From Terriglobales bacterium (GTDB lineage: Bacteria; Acidobacteriota; Aminicenantia; Aminicenantales; Saccharicenantaceae): a DNA stretch of 63,707 nt. Below, piece after piece: positions 26,030 through 35,183 of the stretch. Numbering within the stretch: position 1 is the stretch's first letter; every line of letters begins with the position of its first letter. The DNA lies in the NCBI GenBank assembly GCA_035543515.1, contig DATKJS010000044.1, forward strand, positions 1-63,707. Reading direction: 5' to 3'. Under the pieces are notes generated by a model that was not told where the DNA came from, did not search any database, and saw nothing but the letters and a program-made list of their open reading frames with translations. Position numbers and translations under genes: made by a program.

Positions 26030-27940
26030 TCAGAATAGGACCGCGGCCTCCCCCCGGGCCTCGACCTGCGTCCGGATGGCGCGGAGGATCGACCCCACCC
26101 TCGCCTCGAGGGCCCGGACCTCCTCCTCGTTCAGGTAGGGGGCGACCAGGCGGCGAACCCCGGCCTTGTCCCAATCGACGAGTTTCCGGTAAAAGGCCCG
26201 CGAGCACCTCTGGATCTCGCACCCGGGGACCGTCTCCGTCACGGGCGCGAAGGCCCTGGAGAAGTCGACCGCCCAAACCCTCTCCGTATTCCTCTGGATG
26301 AGGATGTCACGCTCTCGCTCGGGGCCGCAGGTGTCGGCGACGAGGTTGATGAAGACCCTCAGGTCGGCCATGGTCCGCTCGAAGGCCTCCGGGTCGCCGA
26401 TCGGGAGTCCCTGGCCCTTCCGGGCCGTCTCGGAGAAGGCGTCCTCGACGAAGATCTGGAGGGAGCCCGGGTAACCGTTGATCGTCCGCTCGATGAGCGG
26501 CGGGATGAGGCCCAAGCCGAGGGCCTTGTCGAGGGCGTAGGCGGCGAGCTCGTACTCATAGCTGTCGGCCAGCGGGTCCGGCCGGCGGCGGTCGATGTAC
26601 TTGAACTGGGCCCAGTGCTTGGCCCCGCCGGCCTCCAGCCGGACCTTCCAGGGGTCGGTCCGACCTGCCTCGCCGGGGATGACGAAGGCCGGCGTCGCCG
26701 TCTGCAGGAACCGTTCGACCTCGTCCGCGGCCCCCGGCCCGTTCGCCGTCGGCGAACCGCCGGGAGCCGGCGGCGCCGCTTCCTCGGCATCCGTGTAGTG
26801 GTCGAGCGTCCCGCCGTTGATGATGAGGGCATAGAGACGGCCGCCGTAGAGGGTGAAGCCGATCCCGGTATCGATCATCCAGAGCTTCCCGTGGAAGAGG
26901 GGGATGATGTCCCCGGCCGGCGCGATCGGGCTCCGCGTTTCCCCCATGGCCATGAAGTTGTGGCCGATGACCATCTTCGTCGCCTTGAGGTTGGCCAGGA
27001 TCCGGTCCATGTCCTCCTGGGAGATGGTGTTCTCCATCTGGCGGAGCCACAGCGGGCCTTCGGAGTTGTAGACGAGCTTGGGACGGAACTCCTGCATGAG
27101 GACCCGGGAGTTCGGTCCTCGGAGGGCGAACATCCCCAGTTCCAGCCGGAACGCGTCGTTGAGGTCCTTGAGCTTCCAGGTCGAGAACTGGCGGTTGACC
27201 CCGGCGTGGGCGAAGACGACGTCGTTGATCTTGATGACGACGTTCTTCGTCAGGAGCCATTTTCCATAGGTGTGGTTGAAGTTCTCGGTATAGGCCTGGC
27301 CGGCCTCGTCCATGCCCCTGACCCTCTTGGAGGTCTCGAGGATCTTCTCCCAGAAGGCGCGGTAGCCGGCGTCCTTGGCGAAGTCGGGACCCCCGGGCCC
27401 CAGCCTGGCCCGCTCGGCGGCCGGCAGGCCCGACAGGTATTGCTTCGCCCGGGCCTTCTTGAAGTCGTCGGGAAGGAACGCGTAGAACTGGTCGACGAAG
27501 ACGTACTGCGGATAGTTCAGGGCGATGCCCGTGATCGTCGACTCTTCGTGGTTGCCGAGCAGGACGTGGACCATGCCGCCCGCGGCCGCGGCCTCTTTCT
27601 CCAGGCGCATGAGGAAGTCGAAGATGTCCCTGGCCTTGTCGCCCCGGTCCAGGACGTCGCCAATCTGCACGAGGTGGGTCCTTCCGCCGGTCCAGTGAAG
27701 ACGCTCGTCGACGAGGCCGACCTTCGACGCCTTGAGGATGGTCACGAAGTTGTCGAAGTCCCCGTGGAGGTCGCCCACGGCCACGATCCGCTCGACGCCG
27801 GTCCATTCGCAGGGGATGTCGGCGGCGCGGGTGGCCGGGGCCAGGGCGAGAAGCGCGGCGCCGAGGGACAGGGCGAAGGCGAAACGCCCTCGAAGCCGCC
27901 GGCAAGGTCCGCCCCTTTCAAATGAGAACATCGACGCCAT
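26030..27940 (-). CDS. Secreted Shelph-type metallophosphoesterase fused to a degenerate PI4K-like kinase domain
   Basis: Signal peptide; GDLHGD, GDVLDRG, GNHE, HAG, GHN, IDTG. C-terminal domain AQFKY...YELAAYALD..LGL..IPP..ER...GSLQ...VDFSRAF is homologous to the neighbouring kinases. Start may be 27931. Confidence 0.85.
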   Translation of the reverse strand: MASMFSFERGGPCRRLRGRFAFALSLGAALLALAPATRAADIPCEWTGVERIVAVGDLHGDFDNFVTILKASKVGLVDERLHWTGGRTHLVQIGDVLDRGDKARDIFDFLMRLEKEAAAAGGMVHVLLGNHEESTITGIALNYPQYVFVDQFYAFLPDDFKKARAKQYLSGLPAAERARLGPGGPDFAKDAGYRAFWEKILETSKRVRGMDEAGQAYTENFNHTYGKWLLTKNVVIKINDVVFAHAGVNRQFSTWKLKDLNDAFRLELGMFALRGPNSRVLMQEFRPKLVYNSEGPLWLRQMENTISQEDMDRILANLKATKMVIGHNFMAMGETRSPIAPAGDIIPLFHGKLWMIDTGIGFTLYGGRLYALIINGGTLDHYTDAEEAAPPAPGGSPTANGPGAADEVERFLQTATPAFVIPGEAGRTDPWKVRLEAGGAKHWAQFKYIDRRRPDPLADSYEYELAAYALDKALGLGLIPPLIERTINGYPGSLQIFVEDAFSETARKGQGLPIGDPEAFERTMADLRVFINLVADTCGPERERDILIQRNTERVWAVDFSRAFAPVTETVPGCEIQRCSRAFYRKLVDWDKAGVRRLVAPYLNEEEVRALEARVGSILRAIRTQVEARGEAAVLF

Positions 27941-28053
27941 TCATATATATGCGATTTCCCGCCAGGAATCAATACCACTCCGGCCGTTGACTCCCCGGCG
28001 GGGGACTTGCTATCCTTGACCGGGTCCGGGCCGCCGGACGAGGAAGGTGACGC

Positions 28054-29409
28054 ATGAGCAATCGACTTGGCGATGGAATCCGCGCCGGCTCGAGGGCGGC
28101 GGGGCTCGGAGCGGCCGCGCTCCTCCTCCTGATCCTGGGTCTGGGCGGCTGTTCGCCGGAGCGACGGCCGGCCGCCCCGGCCGCGCCGGTCCGGGTGAGG
28201 ACAGGACTCGAGGTCTTCCTCGAAAGAAACCTCGGGCTGGTCGAGGGAAAGCGCGTCGGGCTCATCACCAACCCGACTGGCATCGACGCCGCGTTCCGGT
28301 CGACCGTCGACCTCCTCGCCCGCAACCCCAAGGTCAAGCTCGTCGCCCTCTACGGGCCCGAGCACGGCGTGCGGGGTGACGCCCAGGCCGGGGAATACGT
28401 CCCGTACTATTTCGACAGGAAGGCCGGGCTGCCCGTCTTCAGCCTCTACGGCCAGTCGATGAAGCCCGAGCCGGGCATGCTCAAGAGGATCGACGAGTTC
28501 ATGCGCTCCTACGACACCCGGTCCGCCGGGAAGGTCCCGGAGAAGGACATGGTCCAGGGGGTCGACGTCATGATCTACGATATCCAGGACGTCGGCACGC
28601 GGGTCTACACCTACATCGCGACGATGGCCTACGCCATGCAGGCCTGCGCGGAGAACGGCATCGATTTCATCGTCCTCGACCGGCCCGACCCGATCGGCGG
28701 CGCGGACGTCGAGGGCCCGGTCCTCGAGTATCCCGCCTACAGCTCGCCCGTCGGGCTCTATCCCGTGCCCGAGCGCTTCGGCATGACCATGGGCGAGCTG
28801 GCCCGGCTGTTCAACGACCGGTTCCTGGCGAAGAAGGCGAACCTGACCGTCATCCCGATGGAGGGCTGGACGCGGGCGATGTGGTTCGACCGGACGGGGC
28901 TGCCCTGGGTCATGCCGTCGCCGAACATGCCGACGCTCGACACCGCGGCCGTCTATCCCGGGTTCGTCGCCTTCGAGGGGACGAACGTCTCCGAGGGGCG
29001 GGGGACGACCCGGCCGTTCGAGCTCTTCGGCGCCCCGTGGGTCGACGGCGACGACCTCGCGGCGAAGCTCAACGGGCTCGGCCTCCCCGGGGTCATCTTC
29101 CGCGGCGCCTGGTTCACGCCCACGTTCTCCAAGTTCGCCGGCCGGCTCTGCGGCGGCTGCCAGGTCCAGGTCATCGACCGCGCCGCCTTTCGCTCCTTCG
29201 AGGCCTTCCTCCAAGTCGTCAAGGCCATCCGCGACGCGGCCCCCGACAAGTTCGAGTTCCACAAGGACTACTTCGACAAGGTCATGGGGACGTCCCGCGT
29301 GCGAGAGGCCCTCGAGGCCGGGACCCCGGTGAAGACGATCGTCGACGGCCTCAAGCCGGGCCTCGACGCCTTCCTGCAGCTGCGCAGACCCTATTTGCTC
29401 TATAAGTAA
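28054..29409 (+). CDS. namZ: Exo-beta-N-acetylmuramidase NamZ family (DUF1343)
   Basis: GKRVGLITNPTG, PEHGVRG, YDIQDVGTRVYTYIATM, LDRPDP, SPNMPT, SEGRGTTRPFE. Confidence 0.92.
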   Translation: MSNRLGDGIRAGSRAAGLGAAALLLLILGLGGCSPERRPAAPAAPVRVRTGLEVFLERNLGLVEGKRVGLITNPTGIDAAFRSTVDLLARNPKVKLVALYGPEHGVRGDAQAGEYVPYYFDRKAGLPVFSLYGQSMKPEPGMLKRIDEFMRSYDTRSAGKVPEKDMVQGVDVMIYDIQDVGTRVYTYIATMAYAMQACAENGIDFIVLDRPDPIGGADVEGPVLEYPAYSSPVGLYPVPERFGMTMGELARLFNDRFLAKKANLTVIPMEGWTRAMWFDRTGLPWVMPSPNMPTLDTAAVYPGFVAFEGTNVSEGRGTTRPFELFGAPWVDGDDLAAKLNGLGLPGVIFRGAWFTPTFSKFAGRLCGGCQVQVIDRAAFRSFEAFLQVVKAIRDAAPDKFEFHKDYFDKVMGTSRVREALEAGTPVKTIVDGLKPGLDAFLQLRRPYLLYK

Positions 29410-29454
29410 AGAGGTCAGCCCAGGGGGACATTCCCCGTCTTTCAGGCCCGCGGG

Positions 29455-29474
29455 GACAGTTGCTGTCTTTTTTT
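29455..29474 (+). terminator. Weak intrinsic terminator candidate after namZ
   Basis: GACAG-TTG-CTGTC followed by T7. Confidence 0.35.
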
Positions 29475-29548
29475 AGGCACGGTTGACCTGCCCCGCCTTT
29501 TCCTTTAGAATGAATGCCTTTCCGATTTCGACCGAGGAGCGACGAGAG

Positions 29549-31120
29549 ATGGCCAATCCAGAGTTCCCGTCGGCCCCGTCGGGCCCCCTGTCCCAGGTCC
29601 TGGACAAGCCCCCCCGGGATTTCGTCCGGGCCGACATCCTCAAGGTCATCGATAAGCTCGGCATCGAGCGGCTGACATTCCACTACACGGCTTTGGACGG
29701 CAAGCTCAAGGAGCTGAAGATCCCGGCGACCGACCGGGCCCAGGCCGAGACCGTGCTCGCCGAGGGCGAGCGCGTGGACGGCTCGTCGCTGTTCAAGGGC
29801 ATGGTCGACATGGCCCTCTCGGACCTCTACGTCGTCCCGCAGTACCGCACGGCCTTCCTCAACCCCTTCGAGGAGGGCAGCCTCGACTTCGTCTGCCGCT
29901 ACCTCGCCCGGGACGGCAGCCCGGCGCCCTTCACCCTCGACAACATCCTCGGCCGGGCCGCCGGGCTCTTCCGCGCCTCGACCGGGCTCGACCTCCGGGC
30001 CCTGGGCGAGCTCGAATTCTTCCTGCTCCTCCCCGCCGGGGAGCGGGGCTATTGCGTGCCAGGCCAGAGCGGCTACCACGGCTCTCAGCCGTTCACTAAG
30101 AGCGGCCCCATCCTCAACGAGATGGTCCGTCACATCGGCCGGGTCACCGGAGCGGTCAAGTACGCCCACGGCGAGGTCGGCCTGGTCGATTCCGTCCACA
30201 GCGACGTCGAGGAGATTGAGGGCCGCCGGGCCGAGCAGCTCGAGATCGAGTACCTGCCGCGGCCGGTCGAGGAGATGGCCGACGCCCTCGTCCTCGGCCG
30301 CTGGGTTATCCGGAACACGGCCTTCCGGCACGGCGCGATCGCCACCTTCACCCCGAAGATCGAGGAAGGCGTTGCCGGCAACGGCCTCCACTTCCACCTT
30401 GAGCTCGCCCAGGAGGGCCGGAACGTCATGACCATGCCCGACGGCCGGCTGTCCGAGGCGGCCCGCAAGCTCATCGGCGGGCTGTGCGAGTACGCCGATT
30501 CCCTGACCGCCTTCGGCAACACCGTCTCCTCGGCCTACCTGCGCTTGGTCCCCAACCACGAGGCGCCGACCCGGGTCTGCTGGAGCGACCTCAACCGCAG
30601 CGCCCTCATCCGCGTCCCGCTCGGCTGGACGAACGTCTCCCACTTGGCGGGGAAGGTCAATCCCCGTGAGCCGGAGGTCGCCCGCGGCGCCGCCGGCGCC
30701 CGGCAGACGGTCGAGCTGCGGAGCCCGGACGGCAGCGCCCTCATCCACCTCGTCCTGGCCGGCATCGCCATGGCCGCGAACTGGGCCTTCGGGGGGGACG
30801 GCTCCCTGTTCAAGGAATACGGGCCGCTCGAGCTTGCGGACAGGCTCTATGTCAAGGGGAACATCTTCTCGGACAAGGAGCTGCTCGCCAGGCTCCCGGT
30901 CCTGCCGGCAAGCTGCGTCGAGTCGTCGCGGCTCCTGCTGAAAAAGCGGGACCTCTACGAGCGGGACGGCGTCTTCCCGTCCTCGGTCATCGACTACGTC
31001 GCCCGGATGCTCGAGGCCGAGAACGACGAGTTCATGAACAAGCTCCTCGCCGGGCTGCCGGCCCACGAGCGGCTCCACGAGGTCCGCAAGATCATGCACA
31101 AGGACCTCCACAAGCACTGA
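29549..31120 (+). CDS. glnA: Glutamine synthetase family protein
   Basis: VDGSS, GELEFF, AGNGLHFH, AYLRLVPNHEAP, NRSALIRVP, ELRSPD. SD GAGGAG; upstream promoter TTGACC-17-TAGAAT (29483-29511). Confidence 0.85.
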   Translation: MANPEFPSAPSGPLSQVLDKPPRDFVRADILKVIDKLGIERLTFHYTALDGKLKELKIPATDRAQAETVLAEGERVDGSSLFKGMVDMALSDLYVVPQYRTAFLNPFEEGSLDFVCRYLARDGSPAPFTLDNILGRAAGLFRASTGLDLRALGELEFFLLLPAGERGYCVPGQSGYHGSQPFTKSGPILNEMVRHIGRVTGAVKYAHGEVGLVDSVHSDVEEIEGRRAEQLEIEYLPRPVEEMADALVLGRWVIRNTAFRHGAIATFTPKIEEGVAGNGLHFHLELAQEGRNVMTMPDGRLSEAARKLIGGLCEYADSLTAFGNTVSSAYLRLVPNHEAPTRVCWSDLNRSALIRVPLGWTNVSHLAGKVNPREPEVARGAAGARQTVELRSPDGSALIHLVLAGIAMAANWAFGGDGSLFKEYGPLELADRLYVKGNIFSDKELLARLPVLPASCVESSRLLLKKRDLYERDGVFPSSVIDYVARMLEAENDEFMNKLLAGLPAHERLHEVRKIMHKDLHKH

Positions 31121-31130
31121 GCCCGGGAGG

Positions 31131-32648
31131 TCAAAGCCGCCCCGAAACCTTCTCGTGGGCCCTGAACTCCGGCCCGAGGGTCCGCCATAGGGAATCGAAC
31201 CGCTCCCGGAGGGCGGCATATGTCCCGGCGTTCGCGGGCTCCGGCTCCGCCGCCAGCTTGTCCAGGCAAACCCGGGCCGAGGTGATGTCGCGGATGTCGG
31301 CCGGCCGCCCCTCGTCCCGGAGATAACACCAGATGGCCTGCAGGGCCCCGCCGTGCGCCGCGGCCTCCCGCTCCCTGAGCGTCACGACCGGGGCGCCGAG
31401 GATGTCAGCGACGACCTGGAGCCAGAGCCGGCTCTTGGCCCCGCCCCCCGTGGCCCGGACCTCGGCCGGGCGGAGGCCGAGCGAGCGCATCCGGGCGAAC
31501 CCGTAGCCGAGGTTCAGGATCGTCCCCTCCATGACCGAGCGGGCCAGGTGCGCGGCGTCGAAGGTCCGGCGGTCGAGGCCGAAGAGGACGGCGCTCGCCG
31601 AGGGCAGGACCGGGACGCGCTCGCCGTCGACGAAGGGCAGGAAGACGAGCCCGTCGGCCCCGGCCGGGGCCCGGCCCGCCGCGGCCTCGAGCTTGCGGTT
31701 CGTCCAGCCGAGGAGCTTCTTCAGGAGCTCCGTCGTGTTGGTCACGTTCATCGTACAGAGGAGCGGGAGCCATCCGCCCGTGCTGTCGCAGAAGGCGGCG
31801 ATCTCGCCCTCGGGGTCGATGAAGGGCTCCGCGGCGTGGGAGTAGATCGTGCCCGAGGTGCCCAGGCTGACCGTCGAGACGCCCGCCACGACGTTGCCCG
31901 TGCCGATGGCCCCCATCATGTTGTCGCCGCCGCCGGCGGAGACGAGGACACGGCCCCAGCCGTACCTCTCTGCCACGGAACGGCGGACGACGCCGACCGG
32001 CTCGCGCGGATGGCTCAGGGGCGGGAGTTTGCCGATGAGGGCCGGGTCGACGGCCGCCGCGGCCTCCTCGCTCCAGCGGAGGTTCCGGACGTCCATGAGG
32101 CCCGTGCCCGAAGCGTCGCCGTACTCCATGTGGGCCCGCCCCGTCAGGTGGAAGTTCAGGTAATTGTGGGGGAGAAGGACGGTCGCGAGCCGGGCGAACC
32201 GGTCCGGCTCGTGTTCCTTCAGCCAGAGGATTTTCGAGGCGGTGAAGCCGACGGCGAGGCGGATGCCGAGCTTGCGGACGCACTCCGCCGGGCCGCCGAG
32301 ACGGGCAAGGAGCTCTTGCGTCTCCGCGATGGTCGAGGTGTCGTTCCAGAGCTTGGCCGGGCGGAGCGGACGGCCGCGGCCGTCGAGCGGCACAAAGCCG
32401 TGCTGCTGGCCGGAGACGCCCAGGCAGACGACCTTCTTCGCGTCCACCCGGGCTTCCTTGAGCGCCCCGGCCAGAGCCCCGTCCATGGCCCGGACCCAGG
32501 TCGCCGGGTCCTGCTCGCTTGCGCCCGGGGCCAGGCCGGCGACCATCTCGTGGCGGCCGTAGCCGCGGCCGAGGACGCGGCCGCTCTCGAAGTCCACGAC
32601 CAGGGCCTTCGTGCCCTGCGTTCCCGAGTCGACGCCGATGGCGACCAT
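31131..32648 (-). CDS. xylB: Xylulokinase (FGGY family)
   Basis: IGVDSGTQGTK, GVSGQQHG, LWND, DASGTG, GGGDN, SLGTSG, GGGAKS..W.Q. Confidence 0.92.
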   Translation of the reverse strand: MVAIGVDSGTQGTKALVVDFESGRVLGRGYGRHEMVAGLAPGASEQDPATWVRAMDGALAGALKEARVDAKKVVCLGVSGQQHGFVPLDGRGRPLRPAKLWNDTSTIAETQELLARLGGPAECVRKLGIRLAVGFTASKILWLKEHEPDRFARLATVLLPHNYLNFHLTGRAHMEYGDASGTGLMDVRNLRWSEEAAAAVDPALIGKLPPLSHPREPVGVVRRSVAERYGWGRVLVSAGGGDNMMGAIGTGNVVAGVSTVSLGTSGTIYSHAAEPFIDPEGEIAAFCDSTGGWLPLLCTMNVTNTTELLKKLLGWTNRKLEAAAGRAPAGADGLVFLPFVDGERVPVLPSASAVLFGLDRRTFDAAHLARSVMEGTILNLGYGFARMRSLGLRPAEVRATGGGAKSRLWLQVVADILGAPVVTLREREAAAHGGALQAIWCYLRDEGRPADIRDITSARVCLDKLAAEPEPANAGTYAALRERFDSLWRTLGPEFRAHEKVSGRL

Positions 32649-32742
32649 CCTTCACCTCTATTTCCTGCCCGGCTTAGCAACAATTCTAGGGGAGGGGCCT
32701 GCGGACTGTCAACCGCCGCCTTCCCGGCGCCGGAGACCTTTC

Positions 32743-32771
32743 TTGACAGGGCGGGGGGCGTCCCGTAGAAT
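32743..32771 (+). promoter_or_regulatory. sigma70 promoter, probably giving a leaderless mRNA
   Basis: TTGACA-17 nt-TAGAAT, ATG 7 nt downstream, no SD. Confidence 0.65.
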
Positions 32772-32778
32772 CGGCCGC

Positions 32779-33345
32779 ATGAAGGCCCTCTTGCGGGCCG
32801 TCGTCGCTGCGGCCCTCGCGGCTTCGCTCTTCGCGGCCGCCGCCTCCGCCGTCGAGGTCGAGGCGCGGGCCGGCTATTTCATTCCCTCGTCGCGCGACGT
32901 CCGCGCCGTCTATCCGAACGGCGTGCCCTTCGGCGCGGACATCAGCGTCCCCCTTCTCGACGTCATCTCCGTCTGGGGCGGAATCGACATTTTCCGCAAA
33001 ACCGGAAAGCTCACCTACACGGAGGAGCCGACGATGCTGCGTGTGATGCCGGTGTTCCTGGGGCTCAAGCTCGGCTCCGTCCGCCGCTCGCGCGCCGTGC
33101 GGCCATACGCGGCGGCCGCCGCGGGCTATTTCTCCTACAAGGAAACGAACGTCATCGGCACGGCCAGCGGCAGACGTCTGGGGCTGGTCGCCCAGGCCGG
33201 CCTTCTCGTCAGGCTCAAGGGACGGGTCTCGCTCGACTTCCACGCGCGGTACACCATGGTCAAGGCCGCGGGGCAGGGAGCGGACGCCGTGGCCACCGAG
33301 CTCGGCGGCTTTCAGGGCGGTCTAGGGATCGCCGTGGGCTTCTGA
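32779..33345 (+). CDS. Outer membrane beta-barrel protein (OMP_b-brl/OmpW-like)
   Basis: Signal peptide, alternating beta strands, C-terminal GF. Confidence 0.75.
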   Translation: MKALLRAVVAAALAASLFAAAASAVEVEARAGYFIPSSRDVRAVYPNGVPFGADISVPLLDVISVWGGIDIFRKTGKLTYTEEPTMLRVMPVFLGLKLGSVRRSRAVRPYAAAAAGYFSYKETNVIGTASGRRLGLVAQAGLLVRLKGRVSLDFHARYTMVKAAGQGADAVATELGGFQGGLGIAVGF

Positions 33346-33475
33346 CGGCGGGCCCTTCTTGAGACACCCCGCGTCACGGCCGCCGGGGAGACGTCCCTCC
33401 AGGCGAAGTTGATAAATCAATGCCGGCACGGTAGACTATTCTCTGATGAAAAGCCCGAGGCTCAAGGAGCATGAG

Positions 33476-34108
33476 ATGAAGCGGGCCGCCCGAATGACCG
33501 CGGCCGCGGTCCTGGCCGTCCTGCTCGCAGCCCCGGCGGCCCGGTCCCTCATGAAGCCGGGCCAGAAGTTCCTGCCTTTCGCCCTCAAGGGCGTAGACGG
33601 CCGGGAATACGCCCTGACCCTTGAGGGCGGCCGGCTGACGCATGCCGTGACCGAGACCGTCGACGGCAAGGCCCAGACAATGAAATCCCACCCCGCGGCC
33701 GTCCTCATCGATTTTTGGGCGACTTGGTGCATCCCCTGCCGGGAAGGGATGCCGACCATGGAAAAGCTCCACGAGAAATACAAGCCGGCCCCCGGCCAGT
33801 CAGAGGGCGGCCTGCGGCTCCTCTCGGTCGCCATGGACAATCCCGGGTCGAAGAAGGTCAAGATCCTCTACGACATGTCGAAGGTTACTTATCCGATGCT
33901 CTACGACCCCACGCCGGGGAACGCCGGGGACGGCCTCCTCCATTCGCCGCTCGAGATGAAGGGCCCCTACGACGCCGTGTCCCTGCCGGTCGTCTACCTC
34001 ATCGACGCCTCGGGCACGATCGTCCACGTCCACCAGGGCTTCAAGCTCCAGGAGGCGGCCGGGTTCGAGGAGGCGGTGAAGAAGGCGCTGGCCGGAGCAA
34101 AGACGTGA
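33476..34108 (+). CDS. TlpA/redoxin-family thiol-disulfide oxidoreductase
   Basis: DFWATWCIPC, LPVVYLIDASG.I. SD AAGGAG before 33476; alternative leaderless start 33446. Confidence 0.88.
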   Translation: MKRAARMTAAAVLAVLLAAPAARSLMKPGQKFLPFALKGVDGREYALTLEGGRLTHAVTETVDGKAQTMKSHPAAVLIDFWATWCIPCREGMPTMEKLHEKYKPAPGQSEGGLRLLSVAMDNPGSKKVKILYDMSKVTYPMLYDPTPGNAGDGLLHSPLEMKGPYDAVSLPVVYLIDASGTIVHVHQGFKLQEAAGFEEAVKKALAGAKT

Positions 34109-34239
34109 AGCGCCGCCTGCCCTGGATCCTCCTCGGACTCTCGCTCGGGCTCGTCGCGGCCGGGCTCCTCCTCGGCGAATACAAGGCCGTCCTCGAGAAG
34201 GCCGTCACGGTCTGTCTCGACTGCATCGGGATCGGCTGA
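34105..34239 (+). CDS. CD1871A-family small CxxC membrane protein
   Basis: GTG start overlapping the TlpA stop; 44 aa, one TM helix, C-terminal KAVTVCLDCIGIG. Confidence 0.85.
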   Translation: MKRRLPWILLGLSLGLVAAGLLLGEYKAVLEKAVTVCLDCIGIG

Positions 34240-34249
34240 GGCAGCGGCG

Positions 34250-35155
34250 GTGGGCATCCTGGCCAAACCCCGGCGCAAGCGGATCTGGTACCAGGCCTTG
34301 GGCGGGCTGGCCATCAACGCCTGGCTGCCGGGCTGGCTGAGCGGCCAGATCTACCAGGGCCGCGTCAAGGGGGTCTGCGTCCCCGTCCTCAACTGCTATT
34401 CCTGCCCGTCGGCCATGGGCGCCTGTCCCATCGGCGCGCTCCAGACGTTCATGGCCGGGCTCCGCCTCAACCTGGCCGCGGCCGAGGCCAAGTTCGGCCT
34501 CTACGTCATCGGGCTCCTCGGCGTCGTGGGCAGCGTCGTCGGCCGCATGCCGTGCGGCTGGCTCTGCCCCTTCGGCCTGCTCCAGGAGGTCATGCACAAG
34601 ATCCCGACGCCCAAGCTCAAGGTGCCGCGCGCCCTTTCCTATGGGCGCTATGTTTTCCTGGCCGTTCTCGTCGTGGCTCTGCCCCTGCTCGTCGTGGACC
34701 AGTACGGCCTCGGCCAGACCTGGTTCTGCAAGTGGGTCTGCCCGGCCGGGACGCTCGAGGCGGGCTTGCCGCTCATCCTGCTCAACGCCGGGCTGCGCAG
34801 CCTCGTCGGGTTCATGTACTACTGGAAGGTCGGCCTGCTCGTCCTCTTCCTCGGCTGGATGACGGTCAGCCGGCGGCCGTTCTGCCGGACGGTCTGCCCG
34901 CTGGGGGCCATCCTCGGGCTGTTCAACAAGGCGAGCCTCTTCCGGATGGCCGTGGACGACGCGAAATGCACGCTTTGCGACAAGTGCCGCCGGGACTGCC
35001 CCGTGGGCATCGGCATCTACGCATCGGCCAACAGCCCGGACTGCGTCCGCTGCCTGAAGTGCGTCGATTCGTGCAAGTACGGGGCGGTGAGCTACGAATT
35101 CCTGAAGCGGCGCGAGGTTGCCGAGGACCTTCGGGTCCGCAAAACCGCGGCCTAG
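34250..35155 (+). CDS. Membrane 4Fe-4S binding protein (NapH/MauN/YccM-like)
   Basis: CVPVLNCYSCP, CGWLCPFG, FCKWVCPAG, FCRTVCPLG, two CxxCxxCxxxC ferredoxin motifs. Confidence 0.9.
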   Translation: MGILAKPRRKRIWYQALGGLAINAWLPGWLSGQIYQGRVKGVCVPVLNCYSCPSAMGACPIGALQTFMAGLRLNLAAAEAKFGLYVIGLLGVVGSVVGRMPCGWLCPFGLLQEVMHKIPTPKLKVPRALSYGRYVFLAVLVVALPLLVVDQYGLGQTWFCKWVCPAGTLEAGLPLILLNAGLRSLVGFMYYWKVGLLVLFLGWMTVSRRPFCRTVCPLGAILGLFNKASLFRMAVDDAKCTLCDKCRRDCPVGIGIYASANSPDCVRCLKCVDSCKYGAVSYEFLKRREVAEDLRVRKTAA

Positions 35156-35183
35156 GCGCGGCCCCGGAGAGTCCCGGCGGCCG

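Noticed and set aside
29415-29475. GGGGACATTCCCC / GGGGACAG palindromes after namZ as a second REP element
   Set aside because: Short, degenerate and not similar to the 14059 element; kept only as a weak terminator candidate.
33446-35155. Selenocysteine (TGA) read-through in the redox genes
   Set aside because: All CxxC motifs are encoded with Cys codons; the TlpA TGA is a normal GTGA coupling overlap with the next gene.
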